NCBI RefSeq assembly: GCF_004010195.1
Contig: NW_025213468.1
Span: 1 to 33,362 of the forward strand
Source of the DNA: Chiloscyllium plagiosum
Taxonomy: Eukaryota
DNA length: 33,362 nucleotides
Direction: 5' to 3'
Numbering within the stretch: position 1 is the stretch's first letter; each line of letters opens with the position of its first letter. The translations under genes and the position numbers were made by a program. Positions 9,381-22,069 of the stretch are shown here, one piece after another. The notes below the pieces were generated by a model. It was not told the origin of the DNA and ran no database searches. It saw only the letters and a program-made list of their open reading frames with translations.

Positions 9381-12300
9381 TCTCACAGGCCGGGGACTGG
9401 GTATACATCTATATCTACACTCTCACAGGCTGGGGACTGGGTATACATCTATATCGACACTCTCACAGGCTGGGGACTGGGGACACATCTATATCTACAC
9501 TCTCACAGGCGAGGGACTGGGGATACATCTATATCTACACTCTCACAGGCTGGGGATTGGGTATACGTCTATATCTGCACTCTCACAGGCTGAGGACTGG
9601 GTATACATCTATATCTACACACTCACAGGCTGAGGACTGGGGAGACACCAATATCGACACTCTCACAGGCTGGGGACTGGGTATACATCCATATCTACAC
9701 TCTCACAGGCTGGGGACTGGGTATACATCCATATCTACACTCTCACAGGCTGGGGACTGGGTATACATCCATATCTACACTCTCACAGGCTGGGGACTGG
9801 GTATACATCCATATCTACACTCTCACAGGCTGGGGACTGGGTATACATCCATATCTACACTCTCACAGGCTGGGGACTGGGTATACATCCATATCTACAC
9901 TCTCACAGGCTGGGGACTGGGTATACATCCATATCTACACTCTCACAGGCTGGGGACTGGGTATACATCCATATCTACACTCTCACAGGCTGGGGACTGG
10001 GTATACATCCATATCTACACTCTCACAGGCTGGGGACTGGGTATACATCTATATCGACACTCTCACAGGCTGGGGACTGGGGAGACACCAATATCGACAC
10101 TCTCACAGGCTGGGGACTGGGGAGACACCAATATCGACACTCTCACAGGCTGGGGACTGGGGAGACACCAATATCGACACTCTCACAGGCTGGGGACTGG
10201 GGAGACACCAATATCGACACTCTCACAGGCTGGGGACTGGGGAGACACCAATATCGACACTCTCACAGGCTGGGGACTGGGGAGACACCAATATCGACAC
10301 TCTCACAGGCTGGGGACTGGGGAGACACCAATATCGACACTCTCACAGGCTGGGGACTGGGGAGACACCAATATCGACACTCTCACAGGCTGGGGACTGG
10401 GGAGACACCAATATCGACACTCTCACAGGCTGGGGACTGGGGAGACACCAATATCGACACTCTCACAGGCTGGGGACTGGGGAGACACCAATATCGACAC
10501 TCTCACAGGCTGGGGACTGGGGAGACACCAATATCGACACTCTCACAGGCTGGGGACTGGGGAGACACCAATATCGACACTCTCACAGGCTGGGGACTGG
10601 GGAGACACCAATATCGACACTCTCACAGGCTGGGGACTGGGGAGACACCAATATCGACACTCTCACAGGCTGGGGACTGGGTATACATCTATATCTACAC
10701 TCTCACAGGCTGGGGACTGGGGAGACACCAATATCGACACTCTCACAGGCTGGGGACTGGGGAGACACCAATATCGACACTCTCACAGGCTGGGGACTGG
10801 GGAGACACCAATATCGACACTCTCACAGGCTGGGGACTGGGGAGACACCAATATCGACACTCTCACAGGCTGGGGACTGGGGAGACACCAATATCGACAC
10901 TCTCACAGGCTGGGGACTGGGGAGACACCAATATCGACACTCTCACAGGCTGGGGACTGGGGAGACACCAATATCGACACTCTCACAGGCTGGGGACTGG
11001 GGAGACACCAATATCGACACTCTCACAGGCTGGGGACTGGGGAGACACCAATATCGACACTCTCACAGGCTGGGGACTGGGGAGACACCAATATCGACAC
11101 TCTCACAGGCTGGGGACTGGGGAGACACCAATATCGACACTCTCACAGGCTGGGGACTGGGGAGACACCAATATCGACACTCTCACAGGCTGGGGACTGG
11201 GGAGACACCAATATCGACACTCTCACAGGCTGGGGACTGGGGAGACACCAATATCGACACTCTCACAGGCTGGGGACTGGGGAGACACCAATATCGACAC
11301 TCTCACAGGCTGGGGACTGGGTATACATCTATATCTACACTCTCACAGGCTGGGGACTGGGGAGACACCAATATCGACACTCTCACAGGCTGGGGACTGG
11401 GGAGACACCAATATCGACACTCTCACAGGCTGGGGACTGGGGAGACACCAATATCGACACTCTCACAGGCTGGGGACTGGGGAGACACCAATATCGACAC
11501 TCTCACAGGCTGGGGACTGGGGAGACACCAATATCGACACTCTCACAGGCTGGGGACTGGGGAGACACCAATATCGACACTCTCACAGGCTGGGGACTGG
11601 GGAGACACCAATATCGACACTCTCACAGGCTGGGGACTGGGGAGACACCAATATCGACACTCTCACAGGCTGGGGACTGGGGAGACACCAATATCGACAC
11701 TCTCACAGGCTGGGGACTGGGGAGACACCAATATCGACACTCTCACAGGCTGGGGACTGGGGAGACACCAATATCGACACTCTCACAGGCTGGGGACTGG
11801 GGAGACACCAATATCGACACTCTCACAGGCTGGGGACTGGGGAGACACCAATATCGACACTCTCACAGGCTGGGGACTGGGGAGACACCAATATCGACAC
11901 TCTCACAGGCTGGGGACTGGGGAGACACCAATATCGACACTCTCACAGGCTGGGGACTGGGTATACATCTATATCTACACTCTCACAGGCTGGGGACTGG
12001 GGAGACACCAATATCGACACTCTCACAGGCTGGGGACTGGGGAGACACCAATATCGACACTCTCACAGGCTGGGGACTGGGGAGACACCAATATCGACAC
12101 TCTCACAGGCTGGGGACTGGGGAGACACCAATATCGACACTCTCACAGGCTGGGGACTGGGGAGACACCAATATCGACACTCTCACAGGCTGGGGACTGG
12201 GGAGACACCAATATCGACACTCTCACAGGCTGGGGACTGGGGAGACACCAATATCGACACTCTCACAGGCTGGGGACTGGGGAGACACCAATATCGACAC

Positions 12301-12820
12301 TCTCACAGGCTGGGGACTGGGGAGACACCAATATCGACACTCTCACAGGCTGGGGACTGGGGAGACACCAATATCGACACTCTCACAGGCTGGGGACTGG
12401 GGAGACACCAATATCGACACTCTCACAGGCTGGGGACTGGGGAGACACCAATATCGACACTCTCACAGGCTGGGGACTGGGGAGACACCAATATCGACAC
12501 TCTCACAGGCTGGGGACTGGGGAGACACCAATATCGACACTCTCACAGGCTGGGGACTGGGGAGACACCAATATCGACACTCTCACAGGCTGGGGACTGG
12601 GTATACATCTATATCTACACTCTCACAGGCTGGGGACTGGGGAGACACCAATATCGACACTCTCACAGGCTGGGGACTGGGGAGACACCAATATCGACAC
12701 TCTCACAGGCTGGGGACTGGGGAGACACCAATATCGACACTCTCACAGGCTGGGGACTGGGGAGACACCAATATCGACACTCTCACAGGCTGGGGACTGG
12801 GGAGACACCAATATCGACAC
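9381..12820. repeat. 40-bp minisatellite, 86 copies, tctcacaggctggggactgg + (ggagacaccaatatcgacac or gtatacatc(c/t)atatctacac)
   Basis: Exact 40-bp period over 3440 bp, starting 10 nt after the PSME2 donor site. Confidence 0.99.
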
Positions 12821-15420
12821 ATAGAAACAGACACACACACAGACATATAGAAACATAGGCACAGACACACATACACACAAGCATATAGAAACACACAGAG
12901 ACACACACAGACATCTAGCAACATAGGCACAGACACACACAGACATATAGAAGCATATGCACAGACACACACAGAGACATATAGAAACATAGGCACAGAC
13001 ACACACGCATGCTGAAACATATAGACACATAAGCACAGACACACACACAGACATATAGTAACATAGGCACAGACAAACATACACACAGGCATATAGAGAC
13101 ATAGGCACAGGCATATAGAAACACACACACAGACATATAGAAACATACGCACTGACACACACACAGGCATATAGAAACGTAGGCACAGACACACACGCAG
13201 ACATATAGACACATAGGCATAGACACACACACACAGACATATAGAAACATAGACATAGAAACAAACACACACATAGAGACACAGAGACATATAGAAACTT
13301 AGGCACAGACACATGCAAGCAGAGACATATAGAAACATAGGCACAGACACACACACACACAGACATATAGAAACATAGGCATGGACATACACACGCAGAG
13401 ACATATACAAACATAGGCACAGACACAAACACATGCAGAGACATGTAGAAGCATAGGCACAGACACTCACACACACACAGACATATAGAAACATAGGCAA
13501 AGACACACACAGACATATAGAAACATAGACACAGACACACGCACACACAGAGACATATAGAAACATAGGCACAGACACACACAGACATATAGAAACATAG
13601 ACACAGACACACGCACACACAGAGACATATCGAAACATAGGCACAGACACACACAGACATATAGAAACATAGGCACAGACACACACACACACAGAGACAT
13701 ATAGAAACATAGAAACAGACACACACACACGGACATATAGAAATATAGGCACAGACACACAGACATATAGAAACATAGAAACAGACACGCACACAGACAT
13801 ATAGAAGCATAGGCACAGACATACACACAGACATATAGAAACATAGGCACAGACACACACACACAGACATATACAAACATAGGCACAGACACACACATGT
13901 GCATAAACATATAGAAACATAGGCACAGACACACACGCAGAGACATATGGAAATATAGGCACAGTCTCACACACACAGACATATATAACCATAGGCACAC
14001 ACACAATGTAGAGACATATAGAAACATAGGCACAGGCACAAACACACAGACATATAGAAACATAGGCACAGACACACGCACACACAGACATATAGAAACA
14101 TAGAAACAGACAGACACACACACAGAGACTTATAGAAAACATAGGCATAGACACACGCACACACAGAGACTTATAGAAACATAGGCACAGGCGCACGCGC
14201 ACACAGAGACTTATAGAAACATAGAATCAGACACACACATAGACATATAGAAACATAGGCTCAGACACATGCACACACAGGGACATATAGACACATAGGC
14301 ACAGACACACGCGGACACAGAGACTTATAGAAACAGACACACACAGACATATAGAAACATAGGCACAGACACATGCACACACAGAGACTTATAGAAACAT
14401 AGAAACAGACACACACACAGACATATAGAAATATAGGCACAGACACACACACAGACATATACAAACATAGGCACAGACACACACGCAGACATATAGAAAC
14501 ATAGGCACAGACACACGCAGACACAGAAACATATAGAAACAGACACACACACAGACATATAGAAACATAGACACAGACACAAGCACACACAGAGACTTAT
14601 AGAAACATAGGCACAGACATAAACACACAGACATATAGAAACATAGGCACAGACACGCACACAGACATATAGAAACATAGGCACAGACACACGCACACAC
14701 AGACATGTAGAAACATAGAAACAGACACACGCACACACAGAGACTTATAGAAAACATAAGCACAGACACACACACACACACAGACTTATAGAAACATAGC
14801 CACAGGCACACGTGCACACAGACATATAGAAAAATAGACACAGACATGCACACACAGACGTATAGAAACATAGGCACTGACACATGCACACACAGAGACT
14901 TATAGTAACATAGAATCAGACACACACATAGACATATAGAAACATAGGCTCAGACACATGCACACACAGGGACATATAGACACATAGGCACAGGCACACG
15001 CGCACACAGACATATAGAAACATAGACACAGGCACGCACACACAGACTTATAGAAACAGAGGCACAGACACACGCAGACACAGAGACTTATAGAAACAGA
15101 CACACACAGACATATAGAAACATAGGCACAGACACACGCACACACAGATATACACAGACACGTGCACGCAGACACACCAACACACAGATATTCAAAGACA
15201 TGCACGCATACACACACACAAACACACAGATATATGCATACATGCACATGACACACACTAACACACAGGCATGCACATGCACACACACACAGATATACAC
15301 AGACATATGCACACACACCAACACACAGATATGGAGAGACACACACAGACACACACACACATCAACATACAGATATACACAGACAGGCACACAGACATAT
15401 GCAGAGACACAGGGACTGAT
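12821..15420. repeat. Degenerate CA-rich tandem array, unit about 30-36 bp (acatatagaaacataggcacagacacacacag)
   Basis: Recurrent atatagaaacatagg cores separated by (CA)n; source of the Cys/Val-rich minus-strand ORFs. Confidence 0.95.
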
Positions 15421-17650
15421 ATGTGCACCAACAGAATGTAATATTTTAGCACACATTCCATTAACTTTGTGTTACTTCTCAAAATGATATCATTTGTTGT
15501 GTGCAATGTTTAGTGAAACATCTGTCTGTATCCCCTTTCTTGTTATAACATCATTTACAAGCTTCCCGTTTAGCCGGGGCACAGTGCAACAGAGTTTCCG
15601 AGACACAAGGAAAATATTTCGGAACCCCCTGCCAACTCAATCAATATGCTGATCCCTCTCCCCACATCGATTCTGGCCTTCCTCCCCCCTCATTCCATTG
15701 ACTCCACTACCTTTCCCCAGACACATGTTTCCCACATGCAGTGAAACCGAGCAGGATTTGTTTAAGCTTAATTCAATTTTCCCACAACACTCCTCCAGAC
15801 CACCATGAACCGGAAAAGTCTTCCTGCTATTAGTGTGTGAGAGATGAGATTCCGTGTGCCGACTCTGCTCCCTGTTTTGAAGCAGAGGTGGGGGTGGGGG
15901 GGAGGAAGAGACAGGAGTGGGGGGTGGGGTGGGGGAGGAAGGATTATTTTCCTGACAACTCACAAACAGCAGGTTTGTGTGCTTCAGAGGGGGATCTGGG
16001 TTAATTTGTTCGGGAAAAGAGTGTGGAGAGAGAATTAATCGGGAGATAGTCATTAACTGAGGGTCCTGTCAAGATCATGAGGCTCTGATTGAAATGCATC
16101 GAAACTTGCTGGACAGAGAGAGAGAGAGAGAGAGACATCAGGACTCGCAGGCAAGAATGCCAAATTTCAAATCATAATAACAATTCATGCTATTGGAGAA
16201 AAGAGTGGTGATCAATTGGCAAGTCAGCTCTGATGGGTTAAGATGTGGCCATGGGAAATACAAACTATTGGCTTCTTTTGGAGAACAGTGGGTCCATGAG
16301 GCACCTACAACCCCTTGCCCTTAAGACCATTAAAGCTTAAGAAATAGGAGTAGATCACAAATTTTAAGAGATGGCCCTTTATTTGGCACATCCAGTGTTT
16401 CTTCTTTCTCAGGCAGAATACGAGACTCTGATCCTGAGCGGTAGTGTCCCTGCCTCTGAGCCGGTGGGGTCCAGAGGGACGGTGGGTCCCAGCCTCTCCA
16501 GAGGTGTGTCACAACATCCCTGAAGAGGTCGGGTTGGGAAAACATCACTGACGCCAGGAGCTTGCTCTGCCCCGTGCCCCTCTCCTGAGGCGAGTCGCGC
16601 CCACTGCCTTTGTCGGTCACAATGGGAGAGTCAGGGTCTCTCTGTGCCCACCGCGGGGCAATGACCATCCAGCTCAAAATGCCCCTTGGTCGCCCTGCCC
16701 AGTCCTTTAGCACAGCGCTGGCAGCAATCTCATTGCCAGGTTTGTGGATCGGAATGGGCTCCCTGATGATGTCCCCCTCCCAAGAGCCATCATGGAATTG
16801 TAGCCCATCCCTCACAATTTCCACCTTTCGCAATGGCTTGAAATTTGGCATTCTTGCATTGAGTCCTGATGAACACAGGAGGAGAAGGTGCAGAAGTGGC
16901 TCCTTCTGTCCAGCAGGCTTCGATATATTTCAATCAGAGACTCCTGATCCTGACAGGACCCTCGGTTAGTGACTACACCCCCTCGCCCTCTTATTTTCAC
17001 TGCCACTCCGTGACAAATAATTCTCCCTCTACGTTCCCTCCCCAGACAAAACGAACAAGTAACTCCCTTGAAGGTTGGATTTCCACCTTCTGCTCCATCC
17101 ACTTGCTGACGTGAAGCTCCAGTCCTCTCATCCCAACGATTATTTCTGCAGAGAAAATGCTGGAAAATCTCAGCAGGCCTGGCAGCATCTGTAAGGAGAG
17201 AAAAGAGCTGACGTTTCGAGTCTAACTGACCCTTTGACAATGTAGATCGCCTCTCCCTGGAAGAAAGGTCAGAGAACAGGGTCTTTGAATATCCTTAAGG
17301 CAGAGGTTAGATTCCCAATAAGGAAAGCGGGTGAAGGGTTATCCGATGCAGGCGGGAATGTTGGGAAAACAGATCGGCCTCGCTGATTGGCGGAGCAGGC
17401 TCGAAGGGCCAAAAGGCCCACCTCTGTTCCAAATGTGTACGTTCTCCACCTCCCCTGAGCAAGAACATCCTCATCTCACCCCTGCCAGCCTTTATCACAT
17501 CTCTCCTCATGTAGCACCAGGGGTTGGGGGAGGGGGGAGGCATCGACGGCAAACTGGTACTGCCCCCAGACTAGTAACCGAAAGATAAGGTTCTGGGGAC
17601 CTGGGTTCAAATCCTGCCATGGCCCCATGGTGGAATCGGAATTCCAATTT

Positions 17651-17990
17651 GGGCGGCACGGTGGCTCAGTGGTTCGCACTGCTGCCTCACAGCGCCAGGG
17701 ACCCAGGTTCGATTCCAGCCTCGGGCGACTGTCTGTGTGGTGAGTTTGCACGTTCTCCCCGTGTCTGCGTGGGTTTCCCCCAGGTGCTCCGGTTTCCTCC
17801 CACAGTCCAAAGATGTGCAGGTCAGGGTGGAATGGCTGTGGGAAATAGTCCCGCAGTGTGCAGGCTATGTGAGTTACCCTTGGAGAACATGCAGGGATGG
17901 GATGGATTTGAGTGGGATGCTCTTCAGAGGGTCAGTGTGGACTAGATGGGCTGAATGGCCTGCTTCCACATAGTAGAGATTATATGACTA
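17651..17990 (+). mobile_element. Near full-length HE1-like (tRNA-derived) SINE
   Basis: gggcggcacggtggctcagtgg (A box), ggttcgattcc (B box), central tttgcacgttctccccgtgtctgcgtgggtttcc...cagtccaaagatgtgc domain and CR1-like tail gggctgaatggcctg. Confidence 0.92.
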
Positions 17991-18367
17991 CTCCGGGATC
18001 ATGATAAGGCAATACACTTCACAGCATTCCATTTATTTCTACTGACAGTTAAAACAGGGTTTGCTGTAATCAATTATAATGCCTGAGGTCTATGTAATGA
18101 ACCAGAGGGTAATGGGGATGGAAGGGGTCCAATATGAATTGCTGGCACATGCCTACTGGCATCACTCTGTCCCACATTCCAGCTGCCATGGCAACACCGC
18201 CCCCTGCCCCTCCCACACACCGACAAGAGGGATACCTTAGGTCTTGTTGGTCACGTTGGGTGGGGTATAAATGAGCCACCCCCCCACCCCGGGAATCCTG
18301 AAGGATAGCAGGGGAGTTCCCTCCTGATGAATGTTTGTCCCTCCCTCAACATCACCAAAAAAAAAAT

Positions 18368-18670
18368 TGAGATGCACAGCACGGAAACAGACCCTTCGGT
18401 CCAACCCGTCCATGCTGACCAGATATCCCAACCCAATCTAGTCCCACCTGTCAGCACCCGGCCCATATCCCTCCAAACCCTTCCTATTCATATACCCATC
18501 CAGATGCCTCTCAAATGTTGCAATTGTACCAGCCTCCACCACTTCCTCTGGCCGCTCATTCCACACACGTACCACCTTCTGCGTGAAAACGTTGCCCCTT
18601 AGGTCTCTTAGTTCTGGGCTCCCCCACCCCAGGGAACAGACTTGGTCTATTTATCCCATCCATGCCCCAC
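18368..18670 (-). mobile_element. CR1-type LINE 3' fragment
   Basis: Homologous to 27047-27283. Confidence 0.85.
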
Positions 18671-18791
18671 ATACATCAGGATCAGATTGGGAGCTTGCTG
18701 TGCACACATTCTGGCTCAAATGGGTTCTCTCCCATTTGGAAAGGAAACATCACAGTCCGCTCTAGAGCTGCTACCGTCTGCTCTCACCTTG

Positions 18792-18885
18792 GGGATCGGT
18801 TAGCTCAGTTGGCGGGTCAGTGACACCAATGGTGTGGGTTCAGTTCCTTCATTCGCTGAGGATTCTCCTTCTCAATCTCTCCTGA
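18792..18885 (+). mobile_element. Degenerate tRNA-like SINE head (third family)
   Basis: ggttagctcagttgg A box and gtgggttcagttcc B-box-like. Related pieces at about 25790-25925 (minus) and 28010-28160. Confidence 0.45.
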
Positions 18886-19146
18886 GGGAAGGTGATTTGT
18901 CCTCAATCCCCCTTGTGGGACATGGATAACTCTGGCTGGCCCTGCATTTATTGGCCATCTCGAACTGCCCTTGACTCACTGCAGTCCACGTGCTGGAGAC
19001 ACAATGTCCTTTGGGAGGGAATTCCAGGATTTTCACTCTCTGAAGGGACCTCTATAAGGAGCATTAATGATGGGTTTCTTCTGACATTGTTTTCATTTAA
19101 ATTTTATTTATTTTACTCACCCGCTGAGATGGGATTCGAACCCAAA

Positions 19147-19461
19147 TTAGATTAGATTAGATTTGCTACAGTGTGGAAACAGGCCCTTTGGCCCAGCACA
19201 TCCATACCGACCCTCCGAAGAGTAACCCACCCAGACCCATTTCCCCTCTGACTAATGCACCTAACACTATGGGCAATTTAGCATGGCCAATTCACCCTAA
19301 CCTGCACATCTTTGGACTATTGGAGGAAACCGGAGCACCCGGAGAAACCCACGCAGACATGGGGAGAATGTGCAAACTCCACCCAGACAGTCACCCGAGG
19401 CTGAAATTGAACCCTGGTGCTGTGAGGCAGCAGTGCCAACCACTGAGCCACTGTGCTGCCC
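19147..19461 (-). mobile_element. Full-length HE1-like SINE nested in an older SINE
   Basis: (ttaga)n tail at left, head cactgagccactgtgctgccc at right; cccaaa repeated at 19141-19146 and 19459-19464. Confidence 0.92.
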
Positions 19462-19962
19462 AAAACATTAGCTGAGTTGCTGGATTAAAAGGCTAACAAT
19501 AATACCGTGACACCGGTGCCTCCCCCTGATGGTGACATGTGATGACCCTCAGGTGAAACCCCCACCCGTTGCCCCTCTCTATTGAGAGAGCAGCCCTTTA
19601 GCCCTATAGCACCTCAAACCTAAATTGGCCGGGTTTTATATACCCCCACTCACACTTCCTGGGCCTGGGCAAAGTGCCCATTAACAGGTCCAGGCAATGA
19701 ACCCTGCAGGGGTCCCTCATACTCACAAGCAGCAACATTTGAAGGAGGACATGTAGTGCTTCTTCACTTGGAAGGGAGTGTTTGAGGGATTTGGATGGTG
19801 TGAATGGACGGGGTAAGAGGACCGATGCTGTATCTCCTGCACCATGTATCGATGGCAGTACAGTTAGTCAAGCACTCAGACCCATTCTGTAAGATCGAGA
19901 CTGAACAATTCCTCAGCCTGTCCCTGAAGAGGGAAACATGCAGTGTCTGCTAGAACATTGAT

Positions 19963-20501
19963 GTGGAGGAGTCGCTGTTGGACTGGGGGGGGGGGGGGGG
20001 ACAAAGTTAAAAATCACCCGACACCAGGTTATAGTCCAACCGGTTTATTTGGAAGCACTAGCTTTCTGAGCACTGCTCCATCATCAGATAACTAGTGGGG
20101 CAGGATCATAGGACACAGAATTGAAAGTAAAAGATCAAAGTGTCATACAACTGATGCGACATATTGAACAAACCAAGATTGCTGTTAAGTCTTGAATCAC
20201 TTAGGATGGAGATGTAGGTTTCAGTTCATTGATATGTAAATCCCAGAACTACTTTCTAGTCACATTCCGGAGATAACTTAAGGTTTTACAAAAAAAAGTG
20301 ACATCTCAGCTCAGACAATACATTAAAGGTGTGAGGTTAGAGTCTGTCTGTATCCCAACCTGAGTCAGACTGGTTCTAGTTCCAAAGTGGGAATTGATAA
20401 AATATTATATGAACTGACTGCCTGCAGATTGTCTGCTATCGAACAAAATGGAATGTATCCACAAATACAAACCTGCAAATGGAAATTCACCCCGTGTGTG
20501 T

Positions 20502-20532
<31 letters not shown>

Positions 20533-20985
20533 GGGGAGGGGGGTGTGTGTGTGTGTGTGGGAGGGAGGGAAGGAGAGAGAGAGAGAGAGAGTGTGCATGT
20601 GTGCTTGATAGAGTGTGTGTATGAGTCTGATGGAGTATGTGCCTGTGGGAAAGTGTGCCCGTGAGCGTGAGTGTGATGCGTGTATGTCTGAGAGAGAGCG
20701 AGTGTGTGGGGGTCTGTATGAGTGTGAGCATGTATAAGAGTGTGTGTGTGTATGTGTGATTATGTGTGAGAGAGTGTGTAGTGCAGTGGGGTCACCTGTA
20801 CTGTGACTTGAACCCAAGGTCCCGATTGAGGCCATCCCCACGGGTACTGAACTTGACTATCAGCCTCTGCTCGGCCACTCTGTGTTGTTGCGTATCCCGA
20901 AGTCCATGTGGAGGATGGTCACCCGAAGATCCGAGTTTGAATGCCCTTGACCACTGAAGTGTTCCTCAACTGGGAAGGAAGGGAC
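19963..20985 (-). mobile_element. Penelope-like element 3' fragment (GIY-YIG endonuclease C-terminus, CA-rich 3' region, terminal repeat)
   Basis: Minus strand 20790-20975 translates PVEEHFSGQGHSNSDLRVTILH, a frameshift, then GLRDTQQHRVAEQRLIVKFSTRGDGLNRDLGF, the HF..H..E..I...GLN pattern of PLE endonucleases. The end sequence aaagttaaaaatcac...ttatagtccaac is shared with 22072 and 26520-26570. Confidence 0.85.
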
Positions 20986-20994
20986 ACTCTCATT

Positions 20995-21950
20995 GAATCA
21001 TAGAGCTGTACAGCATGGGAACAGACCCTTCGATCCAACTCATCCATGCCAACCAGATATCCTAAATTAATCTAGTCCCATTTGCCAGCATTTGGCCCAT
21101 AACCTTCTAAACCTTTCCTGGTCATCCAGAGGCCTTTTAAATGGGTGGTACGGTGGCTCAGTGGTTAGCACTGCTGCCTCACAGCACCAGGGACCTGGGT
21201 TCAATTCCAGCCTTGGGCAACTGTCTGTGTGGAGTTTGTACATTCTCCCCTCGTCTGTGTGGGTTTCCTCCCACAGTCCAAAGATGTGCAGGTCAGGGTG
21301 AATTGGCCATGCTAAATTGCCCATAATTTTAGGTACATTAGTCAGAGGGAAATAGGTCTGGGTGGATTACTCTTCGGAGGGTTGGTGTGGACTTGTTGGG
21401 CCGAAGGGCCTGTTTCCACACTGTAGGGAATCTAATCTAAATGTTGTAATTGTACCAGCCTCCACTACTTTCTCTGGCAACTCATTCCACACACGCACCA
21501 CCCTCTGCGTGAAAACGTTACCCCTTAGGTCCCTTTTAACTCTTTCCGCTCTCACCCTAAACCTATGCCCTCTAGTTCTGGAGTCCCCGACCCCAGGGAA
21601 AAAGACCTTGTCTGTTTACCCTATCCATGCCCCTCATGATTTTATAAACCTCTATACGGTCACACCTCAGCCTCCGACACTCCAGGGAAAACAGCCCCAG
21701 CCTGTTCAGCCTCTCCCTATAGCTCAAACCCTCCAACCCTGGCAACATCCTCGTAAATCTTTGCTGAAGCCTTTCCAGTTTCACAACATCCTTCCTATAG
21801 GAAGGAGACCAGAATTGAATGCAGTACTCTTAAAGTGGCCTAACCAATGTCCTGTACAGCTGCAACATGACCTCCCAACTCCTACAGTCAATGCACTGAC
21901 CAATGAAGGCAAGTATACCAAACACCTTCTTCACTGTCTTGTCTACCTGT
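20995..21950 (-). mobile_element. CR1-type LINE 3' fragment interrupted by a SINE
   Basis: ORFs LERLQQRFTRMLPGLEGLSYRERLNRLGLFSLECRRLRCD and FTQRVVRVWNELPEKVVEAGT are the CR1 ORF2 C-terminus. Confidence 0.93.
21144..21437 (+). mobile_element. HE1-like SINE inserted into CR1
   Basis: A/B boxes, central domain and tctaatc tail; taaatg duplicated at 21138-21143 and 21438-21443. Confidence 0.93.
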
Positions 21951-22069
21951 GAACACACAGGGCATCACAGGGTCTGGTTTTAATCAACTTCCTCCTCAAA
22001 AACAGACATTCTGACTTAATTTGACAGTTTTCTAAGGTATAGTTCAGGGTTACCATGCCCCTTTAAGGA

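Noticed and set aside
487..12820. Regular 32-bp and 40-bp repeats resembling CRISPR arrays
   Set aside because: Head-to-tail units with no unique spacers, no cas genes, and a spliced vertebrate gene context.
9290..12850. 1186-aa ORF with 40-aa periodicity
   Set aside because: It is a stop-free reading of the 40-bp intronic minisatellite, overlaps the PSME2 exon out of frame, and shows no codon-level variation.
15470..15487. YFSK resembling the start of the next PSME2 exon
   Set aside because: No preceding AG acceptor, and a stop follows immediately.
12703..15506. Cys/Val-rich minus-strand ORFs up to 499 aa
   Set aside because: Translations of the CA/TG-rich array in several frames.
17651..17725. 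tRNA-like A/B boxes
   Set aside because: They are SINE heads continuing into the SINE body, with no complete cloverleaf.
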